Below, one piece after another: positions 32,520 through 40,760 of a DNA stretch of 64,000 nucleotides. The first letter of the stretch is position 1. Each line of letters starts with the position of its first letter. Below the pieces are notes generated by a model. It was not told the DNA's origin. It saw only the letters and a program-made list of their open reading frames with translations, and did no database searches. The translations under genes and the position numbers were made by a program. The DNA lies in the NCBI GenBank assembly GCA_963784445.1, contig CAWARO010000006.1:696265-760264 (forward strand), in the 5' to 3' direction. Source of the DNA: an uncultured Acidimicrobiia bacterium. GTDB taxonomy: Bacteria > Acidobacteriota > Vicinamibacteria > Vicinamibacterales > UBA2999.

Positions 32520-33980
32520 ATGGCTTGCCCTCACCTGACGACCCGGCGCCGGCTTCGCGCCGCCGCAACCCCGCTCGCGACTGGACTGGTGGCGGCCATG
32601 ATCTCCGGCTGCGTCCTGAAGAACGCCCCGGATGCGACGGCCATTAAGGAGCAGGCGCTGCCCGCACTGCAGGCTCCCGCGGAGTGGACCGTGGCCGCTC
32701 CGGGCGTGCCGGGCGTGGGTGCGGTCGTCACCGGTTGGCTCGACGCGTTCAACGACGATCAATTGACGGCGGCCGTGACCGAAGCGATCGCGCACAACGC
32801 CGATCTGCGCGTCGGCGCCGCGCGTGTCGAGCAGGCGCAGCTGCATGCCAAGCTGGCGGGCGCCAAGCTCTGGCCGGCGGCCGACCTGCTCGCACGCGGC
32901 GGCGGCAAGATGTCCGGCGACGGTTCGGGCCTGCAGGGCGGCGTGCTGTCCGTCACCTGGGAAGTCGATTTGTGGGGCCGCGTCCGTTACGGCCGCGCGG
33001 CCAGCGCCGCGCAGGCGGCGTCGGCGGCGGCGGACTTCGAGTATGCGCAGCAATCGATTGCCGCCCTCGTGGCGAAGAGCTGGTTCCTGGCCATCGAGGC
33101 GAGCTTGCAGGCCGACGCAGCACGCGAGACGATCCGGTCGAACGAGGAGCTGGTCCGGCTCTCGGACGAGCGCGCGCGTATCGGGGTCGGCAATCAGGCC
33201 GATGTCTACTCGGCGCGCGCCACGGTCGGCTCCTACCGCGACCTGCTCCGCCAACTCGAGTTGGCCCGCAACGAAGCGATTCGCGCCCTCGAGCTCATGC
33301 TCGGGCGTTACCCGGCGGGTGCCGCCGCCACCTCGCTGCAGTTGCCGTCGTATCCCGGCTCCGTACCTGCCGGGCTCCCGTCAGAACTGCTCGAGCGCCG
33401 GCCGGATGTGATTGCCGCTGAGCGTCGCGTGGCGGCGGCGTTCAACCGCATTCACGAAGCCAAAGCGGCCCGGCTGCCGGTGATTTCGCTGACGACTGGC
33501 CTCAGCGCGATCTCGAGCGATCTGTTCCTGCTCAAGGATCACGACAACCCAGTCTGGAACGTCGGCGCCAGCCTGCTCGCGCCGCTGTTTCGCGGCGGCG
33601 CGCTCAAGACCCAGGTCGAGATTCGCACCGCGGAACAGAAACAGGCCATCGCCGAGTACGCCGTGATCGGGCTGCGTGCCTTCGGAGAAGTGGAAGCGGC
33701 ACTGGCGGCCGAGTTCGCGGCGCGCGATCGTGAAGAGATCCTGGCCGAGGCGTTCTCCAATAATCAGCAGGCGCTGACGATGGTGCAGACACAATTCAAG
33801 ATCGGCAGCACCGATCTCCGGTTCGTCGAACAGCGTCAGCTGGCGGTCGCCTCATCACGTTCCGCGCTGATTCGCGTGCAGGCCGAGCAGCGCATCCAAC
33901 GCGTCAATCTCCATCTCGCGCTGGGCGGAAGTTTTGCGGTCCCGCCGCCGCCGCCAACAACCGCGCCGCCGCCCCGCTAA
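32520..33980 (+). CDS. NodT-family outer-membrane efflux lipoprotein
   Basis: Lipobox AMISGC, WLDAFNDDQLTAAVTEAIAHNADLR, and two OEP repeats. Confidence 0.85.
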   Translation: MACPHLTTRRRLRAAATPLATGLVAAMISGCVLKNAPDATAIKEQALPALQAPAEWTVAAPGVPGVGAVVTGWLDAFNDDQLTAAVTEAIAHNADLRVGAARVEQAQLHAKLAGAKLWPAADLLARGGGKMSGDGSGLQGGVLSVTWEVDLWGRVRYGRAASAAQAASAAADFEYAQQSIAALVAKSWFLAIEASLQADAARETIRSNEELVRLSDERARIGVGNQADVYSARATVGSYRDLLRQLELARNEAIRALELMLGRYPAGAAATSLQLPSYPGSVPAGLPSELLERRPDVIAAERRVAAAFNRIHEAKAARLPVISLTTGLSAISSDLFLLKDHDNPVWNVGASLLAPLFRGGALKTQVEIRTAEQKQAIAEYAVIGLRAFGEVEAALAAEFAARDREEILAEAFSNNQQALTMVQTQFKIGSTDLRFVEQRQLAVASSRSALIRVQAEQRIQRVNLHLALGGSFAVPPPPPTTAPPPR

Positions 33981-35047
33981 GTCGTCGCACGTCGCTCGTC
34001 AGGCAACGGGGCCGGATCTTCAGCTAGCCAGGCCGCGACCAGCGTGTAACCCACGGCCAGCACCACGGGCCCGACGAATAGTCCGATCAAGCCAAACGCG
34101 AGCAGGCCGCCGATCACACCGGTGAACATGACCAGCATCGGCAGGTCTGCGCCCTTGGTCATCAGGAACGGCCGCAGGACGTTGTCGAGCGTTACCACCA
34201 CCAGTGACCAGAGCAGCAGCGCGGTGGCCGTGCCGGTGGCGCCCTGCCAGAAGAGCCACGCCACGCTCGGCATGAGCACCAACGCCGGACCGAGTTGGGC
34301 GATGCACGAGACGAAGGCGACAACGGACAACAGCGCCGCAAAGGGCACGCCGGCGATGGCCAGCGCAACACCGGTGAGGGCGGTCTGCACCAGCGCCGTG
34401 ACGACGATGCCGAGCGCGACGCCTCGGATCGCCTGCGCCGCCAGCCGGACAACCCGGTCGCCTTGCTCGCCGGCCAGTTTTCGGCCGAAACGCAAACAGC
34501 CGTCGGCCGCGCCCTCGCCTTTCGCATACATGACGCCGGCAATGATCAGCGTCAGCAGGAACTGCATCAGCAACCAGCCAAGGCTGCGCAACGTGCTCGC
34601 GATCCAGGCGACCGCGGTCACGGCATACGGCGCTGCGGTCGAGGCGAGATCGCCGATGGGACTCGCGGCTATCTTCTGCCATGCCTCCACGGCCTGCTTC
34701 CCGACGACAGGCAGGTTGCCCACCCACTCTGGCGGTGCCGGCGCAGCGAACGACCGCGCCGCTCCCGCCCACTCGACGATCTCCCCCGCATTGGCGACCA
34801 CCGTGCCGGTGGCGAGCGACAACGGGACGAGGAGGATCAGCACCCAGGCCACCAGCATCGCCGTCACGGCCAGGTACCGCCGGCCCCAGAGCCACGTCTG
34901 CAGCCGCCACATGACCGGCCACGTGGCGATGACGATCGTCGCGGCCCAAATGGTCGCGCCGAGGAAGGGCAGCAGAATCCACAGCGTCGACGCAATCAGC
35001 GCGACGATGCACAGAACGCCGAGGGTGGCGCGTGGCAGGTTGGACAC
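33977..35047 (-). CDS. AI-2E family transporter (PerM/YdiK-like, UPF0118)
   Basis: 356 aa, 7-8 transmembrane segments, conserved C-terminal block DNVLRPFLMTKGADLPMLVMFTGVIGGLLAFGLIGLFVGPVVLAV. Confidence 0.8.
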   Translation of the reverse strand: MSNLPRATLGVLCIVALIASTLWILLPFLGATIWAATIVIATWPVMWRLQTWLWGRRYLAVTAMLVAWVLILLVPLSLATGTVVANAGEIVEWAGAARSFAAPAPPEWVGNLPVVGKQAVEAWQKIAASPIGDLASTAAPYAVTAVAWIASTLRSLGWLLMQFLLTLIIAGVMYAKGEGAADGCLRFGRKLAGEQGDRVVRLAAQAIRGVALGIVVTALVQTALTGVALAIAGVPFAALLSVVAFVSCIAQLGPALVLMPSVAWLFWQGATGTATALLLWSLVVVTLDNVLRPFLMTKGADLPMLVMFTGVIGGLLAFGLIGLFVGPVVLAVGYTLVAAWLAEDPAPLPDERRATT

Positions 35048-35049
35048 AA

Positions 35050-36252
35050 TCAGAACACGGCACTCAACAGGCGCTTCAAGAGCTCCTCTAACGAAATCAT
35101 CGTCAGCAGCAACGGCGCCACCGGGGCGAGCGTGACGACCGCCAGCTGCATGATCGTCTCCTTCGAGAACGGCACGAAGCGTATCTCCCGGATGACCTGA
35201 AAACTGTTGGCGAGGTCAGCGAGCGACTGGATGTCGGCGCTGCCGACGAGTGGCTCCGCGGGTTCGGGCCCACCGCGCACCCACTTGGCGTCGAATTCCC
35301 GGACATAGCGCTGGGCGAGTACGCCGTATTCGCCGAGGCCGGTGCGCTTCAGGCGTGCCAGCTGTCCCACGAACGCCATCAAGGGACAGAGCACCAGCAA
35401 CACGAGCGCGCCGACGCCGCCAATGATTTCGACCATGAATTGCGGGAGCTCGGCGCCGTCAAAGAAGATGCGGTCGGCAATCAGGCCCGACAGCAGCACA
35501 CCGTGCGCCAGGAGGACCGGGGCGAACGCGTAGACGACATTGGTGAGAAATCCCAGCCCGCCGACGCGATCCGGGTGTGTGGCAACGAGCTTGAGATTGA
35601 GCCGTGAGACCTGCCAGAGGAAGCGCGCCCAGATGAACACACGAAAGTACCAGCGGAGCAACAGGAACTGGAAGATCGGCACGCTAATGAGCGCATGCCA
35701 CCAGCCGGCGAGCGAGAGACTGATCCACCCTGACGCGCTGGGCGCGGCTCCAGAGGCCCACGTGCTGGCGTCGACGGCGATGTAGTCGCGCATGGGGATG
35801 CCAACGGCGTAGATGACCGCGATCAGCGTGAGTTCCGCGGCAAGAGAGTTCCGCAAGCGCATCGCCGAATCAATCGCCGCCTTGACGCGCGGCCGGTCCT
35901 CGTCGGCAATCAGGTCCCGGCTGAAAAAGTGCGCGACCAGCCGCCGCATGCGAAGATGGACGCCGAGCTCGGCTACGATCAGCAGCGGCATCGCGAGCAG
36001 AAAGCGCCCCTGCACTTCGGCGTTGAGCAGAAAGGGCACGGTGACACCGCCCCACGCTCGCCCTTCGAGCACCGAGAGAAAGAAGAGGGGGACCCAGGTG
36101 ATCATGATCCCCGCCAGCACACGCCGATGGACAAGTGCCAGCGCGTCGTCGGAGAGGTGCGTTCGACGCAGGAGCTGGAACAGCGGTCCGCCGAGGACAA
36201 TGGAAAAGTCGACCGGCGCTTCCCACACCGGTGGTCGAGCGGCCGGGATCAT
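35050..36252 (-). CDS. Polytopic membrane protein of unknown function
   Basis: 400 aa with several hydrophobic helices (WWHALISVPIFQFLLLRWYF...). No family recognised. Only 2 nt separate it from the AI-2E gene. Confidence 0.6.
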   Translation of the reverse strand: MIPAARPPVWEAPVDFSIVLGGPLFQLLRRTHLSDDALALVHRRVLAGIMITWVPLFFLSVLEGRAWGGVTVPFLLNAEVQGRFLLAMPLLIVAELGVHLRMRRLVAHFFSRDLIADEDRPRVKAAIDSAMRLRNSLAAELTLIAVIYAVGIPMRDYIAVDASTWASGAAPSASGWISLSLAGWWHALISVPIFQFLLLRWYFRVFIWARFLWQVSRLNLKLVATHPDRVGGLGFLTNVVYAFAPVLLAHGVLLSGLIADRIFFDGAELPQFMVEIIGGVGALVLLVLCPLMAFVGQLARLKRTGLGEYGVLAQRYVREFDAKWVRGGPEPAEPLVGSADIQSLADLANSFQVIREIRFVPFSKETIMQLAVVTLAPVAPLLLTMISLEELLKRLLSAVF

Positions 36253-36298
36253 CGCGTGACCCTTTCGAACGCCGCTCTCGCTCCCCCCATGCTGGCCG

Positions 36299-37075
36299 CT
36301 ATGGCTTGACCGTGACCGCCGCGGTCAACTGGAACTGCAGGCGGGTTTCGGCCGGCAGCTTCAGGTGTTCCTGCCCCTGACTGGCGACCACCGCGCCGGT
36401 GGCCCCTCCGACGGCCGCCCCAATCGCCGCGCCCGAGCCGCCACCGACAATGCCGCCGACCACAGCACCCAGGCCGGCACCGCCACCAATCTTTCGTGCG
36501 CTGCTCTTTCCTTCGCCCGAGCCCTTCGTCTCGATAAAGGCCGTGACGACCTCGTAAGTCTGGCCGCCGAAGGTAATCGAGTTGGCCTTCAGAGAGATCT
36601 TGTCGCTGCCTTTGATCGTGCCCGACTGGGCGACGCTGACAGCCTGCACGATGACCACTGCGCCTCGCGGGATGACCACCTTGCCGTCCATCATGATCGG
36701 ATCGTCGACCAGGGCGCGAAACGTCTGGCCCGCTTTCGTGGCGTCCACATCAATCGTTTCGGTGAGACGGACATTGATCATCGTCTTGGCCGGCACCGTC
36801 ACGGGAGCCGGTGCGCGCGCCGGCGACGGTGCCGCCGGCGCAGGCGCCGGCTTGCGTTCCGTAAAGTCGATGCCGGCGATGTCCGCGACGCGAATATCGG
36901 CTCTTGTACCGTTCGCGAGCAGCAATCGTACGGTGCCCGCATCGGCGCCGGTCAGGGTCCCTTCGACGACCTTGCCAGACCGCAGCCGCACGCGGTCGGC
37001 TGACACGATGATGCCGGCCATCACGATCAGCATGACGGTCAGAATCGGGGAACGGAGCAACGGTATGGTGGTCAC
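36299..37075 (-). CDS. Exported protein with a C-terminal glycine-zipper segment
   Basis: N-terminal anchor or signal sequence, a Pro/Ala linker, and GGGAGLGAVVGGIVGGGSGAAIGAAVGGATGAVV (glycine-zipper-like). Confidence 0.6.
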   Translation of the reverse strand: MTTIPLLRSPILTVMLIVMAGIIVSADRVRLRSGKVVEGTLTGADAGTVRLLLANGTRADIRVADIAGIDFTERKPAPAPAAPSPARAPAPVTVPAKTMINVRLTETIDVDATKAGQTFRALVDDPIMMDGKVVIPRGAVVIVQAVSVAQSGTIKGSDKISLKANSITFGGQTYEVVTAFIETKGSGEGKSSARKIGGGAGLGAVVGGIVGGGSGAAIGAAVGGATGAVVASQGQEHLKLPAETRLQFQLTAAVTVKP

Positions 37076-37088
37076 GGTTGTGCCTCGC

Positions 37089-37592
37089 TCATTTGACGAT
37101 CGGAAGGGATGCGGCGATCTGCAGATCGATGATCAGCAGCAGCTGGTTCTCGACCTGGAGAAATTGAGCCGCGGTCTTGGCCGACAGCGCCGTTTTGAGA
37201 CGCGCATAGTATTTTTGTTTGAGCGCGGTACGGCGGCCCTCGAGCTCGAGCGCTTTTGTCGCCAGCTTGTCGGCGAGCGCTTCGCTCACCTTCTCGTAGT
37301 TGCGCGCGTACTCTTCGATGCCCGCCACGCGCTCGTCGTTGATCGCCGACAGCTCGACGTCGTACGCGCGATAAATCGGCCAGAAGACCTTGTCTTCCGC
37401 GTCAGTGAACGCCATTAACTCGGTGAGGAAGGCCACTTTCTGCGCGCGCACGTCAGCCCTCAACAGCTCGACGTAGGCACTCAGGTTCAGATCCTTCGTC
37501 TCGGCCGGCGTCACGGCCGGCTGCTGCGCCGACACGACCGTCGTCACCGTCATGATTGCCAGAATCACACCAGGCCGCAGTGGGTTCGTCAT
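37089..37592 (-). CDS. Periplasmic all-helical protein of unknown function
   Basis: Signal peptide ending VSAQQ, with helical heptad-like sequence through to the end. Overlaps the upstream gene by 4 nt. Confidence 0.55.
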   Translation of the reverse strand: MTNPLRPGVILAIMTVTTVVSAQQPAVTPAETKDLNLSAYVELLRADVRAQKVAFLTELMAFTDAEDKVFWPIYRAYDVELSAINDERVAGIEEYARNYEKVSEALADKLATKALELEGRRTALKQKYYARLKTALSAKTAAQFLQVENQLLLIIDLQIAASLPIVK

Positions 37593-38206
37593 TTTCGGGC
37601 CAATCCTTGTTTCTGAAGTTCCTTCACGGACTCTTTCACCAGATCTGTCACGAAACGTTGCAGGGTCTTGGGATTCCTCGTCTCACTAACGCCCGCCCAC
37701 AGCAACTTGTTGCGCGCGACCGAGAAGATCAGGGTCTCCACGGTGATGACGGTGTCTTTGTCGACACCGCCGATCACCACCACACTGGTGTAGCCGTATC
37801 CGTAGTAGCCCCAAAAGGTGTTGTACGACGGGCTCAGCCACAGACTGTCGTTATAAGAGATGCGTTTCTCACTGCTCACCGGCCGCAACGCGACAACACC
37901 TTCGACGTTGGCTTTCTCGAACCACCCTCGTGCGCGATCGGCGCTTTGCAGTTCTTCCTTTGGCGCAATGCGATAGGTGGCCACGGCTTGCAGGCCGCGA
38001 GCGGTCAGCTCGGTGACGAGCGATTCCTCGCCAGCGACCCGCAGCGAGTCGTCCTGGGTAATGACGAGCGCCGCGATTTTCTTGCCGGCGAAACTGACTT
38101 GCGCGGCATCGGGCGATTTCCACACCGACTTGAAGTCGGGCGCGGCCGACACCACGGCCACGGCCGCGAGGGCCGCTGTGACAGTCGTGATCAGGGAGCG
38201 CGTCAT
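37589..38206 (-). CDS. Exported DUF4136-like protein
   Basis: Signal peptide, a Gly/Tyr-rich loop (FWGYYGYGYTS), then TLIFSVARNKLLWAG and a C-terminal helix. The layout resembles 39400..39933. Confidence 0.55.
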   Translation of the reverse strand: MTRSLITTVTAALAAVAVVSAAPDFKSVWKSPDAAQVSFAGKKIAALVITQDDSLRVAGEESLVTELTARGLQAVATYRIAPKEELQSADRARGWFEKANVEGVVALRPVSSEKRISYNDSLWLSPSYNTFWGYYGYGYTSVVVIGGVDKDTVITVETLIFSVARNKLLWAGVSETRNPKTLQRFVTDLVKESVKELQKQGLARK

Positions 38207-38808
38207 GATGGCTTCCGCGCGATGTTGGTCAACGTGATGAGCACCTCGGCGTAGTCGTCGAGCAACACGCCGCCGTCGCCATCGGGCCGGACCCGTGCCG
38301 CCCCGGCCATCGATCCGGTGCCCGCGCCCTTCGGGTCGATGCGCATTTCGATCACCGCGACTTCGTAGCCCTTGCGCGGCGCCGACTCCGCCCGGCCACC
38401 GCCGATGAAGTAGGCGGGTTTGTCGGTCACCACAACGACCGTTCGGCCCGTGGCGTCGACTTTCTCGCGGGCATACCGGATCGCGATGGGCGCGCCTCCG
38501 GCGAGCACGAGTTGGCCGACTTCAGGAGCATTGCGAATCGCGGTGAGAAACCGCGGATAGCCGCCTTCTTTCAGCGCGGTCTCGACGGCCTTCTTGTCGA
38601 ACTCCGGCGTCATGCGCCGCAGCCTGACTTCCAGCGTGCCCGACACCGCCCCGGTAGCGTTTTTTGCGTTCGCGGTGCCGGTGAACACTTCCGGCTGGCT
38701 CGGCGCCTGGGCGCCGACCTGGGTCGGGACGCCAAGCAGGAGCACGATCGTCAACGTCGTCGCGATTTGCACAACTACTCCTCTAGCCGTCACTAGCTTT
38801 TCTTCCAC
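38203..38808 (-). CDS. Exported protein of unknown function (family X, paralogue of 29846..30421)
   Basis: Signal peptide, EVFTGTANAKNATG, GYEVAVIEMRIDPKGAGTG and DDYAEVLITL. Overlaps both neighbouring genes. The start (38808 or an internal GTG) is uncertain. Confidence 0.6.
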   Translation of the reverse strand: MEEKLVTARGVVVQIATTLTIVLLLGVPTQVGAQAPSQPEVFTGTANAKNATGAVSGTLEVRLRRMTPEFDKKAVETALKEGGYPRFLTAIRNAPEVGQLVLAGGAPIAIRYAREKVDATGRTVVVVTDKPAYFIGGGRAESAPRKGYEVAVIEMRIDPKGAGTGSMAGAARVRPDGDGGVLLDDYAEVLITLTNIARKPS

Positions 38809-39341
38809 CGGCTGACCGAGAGCGCCGCGCCGTTCTCGTCCTTGGTCGTGAGCGTCAGGACGTCACCCGCCACCTCCCAATGCCGCGGCCGGTTTGGCGA
38901 CAGCGGTCCGCCGCCGGTCTTCATCGCCGAGGGCTGTCCTTCGAGAATGTAGGTGAGCGTGCGGTTCTGCATGTCGACCGCGGTGCGGCCGCTGGTCGAG
39001 ATCACGCCGTCGGGAATCACGAGGCCTCCGGCGCGCAGCAGATCCGACGAGGCCTCATCCGCCTTGACGTTCATCTCCAGGTTGCCGAAGCCGTCGTAGT
39101 TGAGAACCCCGGTGCCCTTCAGCGTGATCGGCTTCGCGCCGACGGGAGTGATCACGAACGACTCGAGGAGCCAGCGGCCCTCGAGAAACTTGCGCGCCGC
39201 CGCCGTCGTGCCGGCGCCGTCGGGCACCGGGCCCATCGACACCACGCGCTGCCGTTCCGATGCCGCGCAGCCCATCGCGGCCGTCAGCAATGACACCGCA
39301 AGGGCGGCTTTCCAAACCCGTTGCACACTCATCGTCTGCAC
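38793..39341 (-). CDS. Lipoprotein of unknown function (lipocalin-like size)
   Basis: Lipobox LLTAAMGC, 182 aa, beta-rich. Confidence 0.6.
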   Translation of the reverse strand: MQTMSVQRVWKAALAVSLLTAAMGCAASERQRVVSMGPVPDGAGTTAAARKFLEGRWLLESFVITPVGAKPITLKGTGVLNYDGFGNLEMNVKADEASSDLLRAGGLVIPDGVISTSGRTAVDMQNRTLTYILEGQPSAMKTGGGPLSPNRPRHWEVAGDVLTLTTKDENGAALSVSRWKKS

Positions 39342-39399
39342 CTCGCTCGCCTTCCGGCGTCACGAACCGCCAGCGGTGAGCCGATTGTCGCGGAGAGGT

Positions 39400-39933
39400 C
39401 TACTTCGTCTTGGCCACGGGCGGAAAGTTCTTGAACATCTTCGTCGCGGCCTTCTCCAGCCGGCTTTTGTTCTTGTCCGGGTTGTCGGAGATCTCGTCCT
39501 CGGCAGTGCCCCTGAACACGAGGTTCTTGTTCGAGGCGTTGAACATGTCGACCACCAGCGTGCCAACGGTGTATTCGCTCACCACCGTCGTGGCCGTGCC
39601 CATGCCGCCGAAGCCGCGGTAGCCGTAACCACCCATGCCGCTGTAGTGGGTGCTGGCGTTGCGCTTGGCCTGCGTAGCGCCGTGCAGGACCACGATGATG
39701 TTCGGGTTGTCGGCGACTTTCTTCCAACCCTTGGCGGCGATCTCCTCGTCGAATTCGGCGAGCACGCGGCGCTGCGACAGGTCATTGCCCCACGTCGTCC
39801 CGATGGCGATCGAATAGGTCTTCACCGTCGAAAAGTCGAATGCCTTGTCGAAATCGATCTTGACGTCCTGTGCCGCGGCCAGCGCCGGGATCATGAGGAG
39901 CGAAGCAGTGATCAGTGAGCGTAACGTGTTCAA
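39400..39933 (-). CDS. DUF4136 domain protein (exported)
   Basis: Motifs YSGMGGYGYRGFGGMG, YTVGTLVVDMFNASNKNLVFRGTA and KMFKNFP. I chose the TTG at 39933 because AGGAGG-N6 precedes it and the ATG at 39969 overlaps the -12 promoter element. Confidence 0.7.
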   Translation of the reverse strand: MNTLRSLITASLLMIPALAAAQDVKIDFDKAFDFSTVKTYSIAIGTTWGNDLSQRRVLAEFDEEIAAKGWKKVADNPNIIVVLHGATQAKRNASTHYSGMGGYGYRGFGGMGTATTVVSEYTVGTLVVDMFNASNKNLVFRGTAEDEISDNPDKNKSRLEKAATKMFKNFPPVAKTK

Positions 39934-39970
39934 GATGGGCCTCCTGGGTTGTGTCCGGCACGATCGCATC

Positions 39971-39985
39971 GCAAAGAGCGCGCCA
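39971..39985 (-). promoter_or_regulatory. Candidate sigma-54 promoter for the eight-gene operon 39933..33977
   Basis: The minus strand reads TGGCGC-gctct-TTGCG with exact GG-N10-GC spacing. The predicted leader is about 26 nt and carries AGGAGG. The GAF-EBP gene lies 0.8 kb upstream. Confidence 0.55.
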
Positions 39986-40219
39986 GCGGATTCGGGGAGA
40001 AATCGCCGCCGCTGATCGAGACGCTCACAACATGCGGTGAGAGGCTCTCGGACTGCGGGTGTCGGCGGCGCGGCCGATCGACGAAATGACGAATTCGAGC
40101 CGACAAATTCAATTTTTCGTCGCAGCACGGCAGGCCCACTTTTTGCGATGGTGAGGGGAAATGTCGTCACCCCTCGCCATCGCCCGCTGGATGTCGTTCA
40201 CCCTTGCCAGGCTGCGTAA

Positions 40220-40420
40220 GTGAAAAGGCCAGCCGTGGTCGTGGCAACGGCGTTCGTGATCGCATCGAGCGCAAGCGCGCGGGCTCAGAAGAGGACTGAC
40301 GTGGTCACCCTACTCAACGGCGATCGGCCCACTGGCGAGATCCCGAACCTGAATCGCGGACGGCTCGAGTTAAAGACCGACGCTGCCGGTCGGCCGTTCT
40401 CAATCGGTTCGTTGTACTGA
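40220..40420 (+). pseudogene. Probable 5' remnant of an exported protein gene
   Basis: 66 aa consisting of a signal peptide plus DVVTLLNGDRPTGEIPNLNRGRLELKTD. This resembles the N-terminus of larger OM-associated proteins and then stops abruptly. Confidence 0.3.
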
Positions 40421-40442
40421 CGTTTGCCCGGAGGAGGTTGCC

Positions 40443-40736
40443 GTGGAGTGCTGGATCGGCGTGGTGACGGAGGGTGAGCGGCGAATCGTGCGCGTGGCCG
40501 GGAGGCTGAGCGCCGCGCACGTGGCCGAGATGCTCACGGCCTGCGCCGACAGCGCGGTGTTGGAGATTGACCTGACGGATCTGGTGTCGGCTGATGGCGC
40601 GGGCATTGAAGCGCTCCAACGCGTCCGCACTCGTGGCGCCACCTTGGTCGGTACGCCGGGATACATCCAGCTCAAACTCGACTTGCCGTCCGCGGGCGCG
40701 GCACGGACGACGCCGCCGCGGGGCCGCCACAGCTAG
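40443..40736 (+). CDS. Small STAS-like (anti-sigma-factor-antagonist-like) protein
   Basis: 97 aa with IVRVAGRLSAAHVAEMLTACADSAVLEIDLTDLVSADGAGIEAL. GGAGGAGG-N5-GTG lies upstream. Confidence 0.45.
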   Translation: MECWIGVVTEGERRIVRVAGRLSAAHVAEMLTACADSAVLEIDLTDLVSADGAGIEALQRVRTRGATLVGTPGYIQLKLDLPSAGAARTTPPRGRHS

Positions 40737-40760
40737 CTAGCCCCACGGCGATCACCGCGA

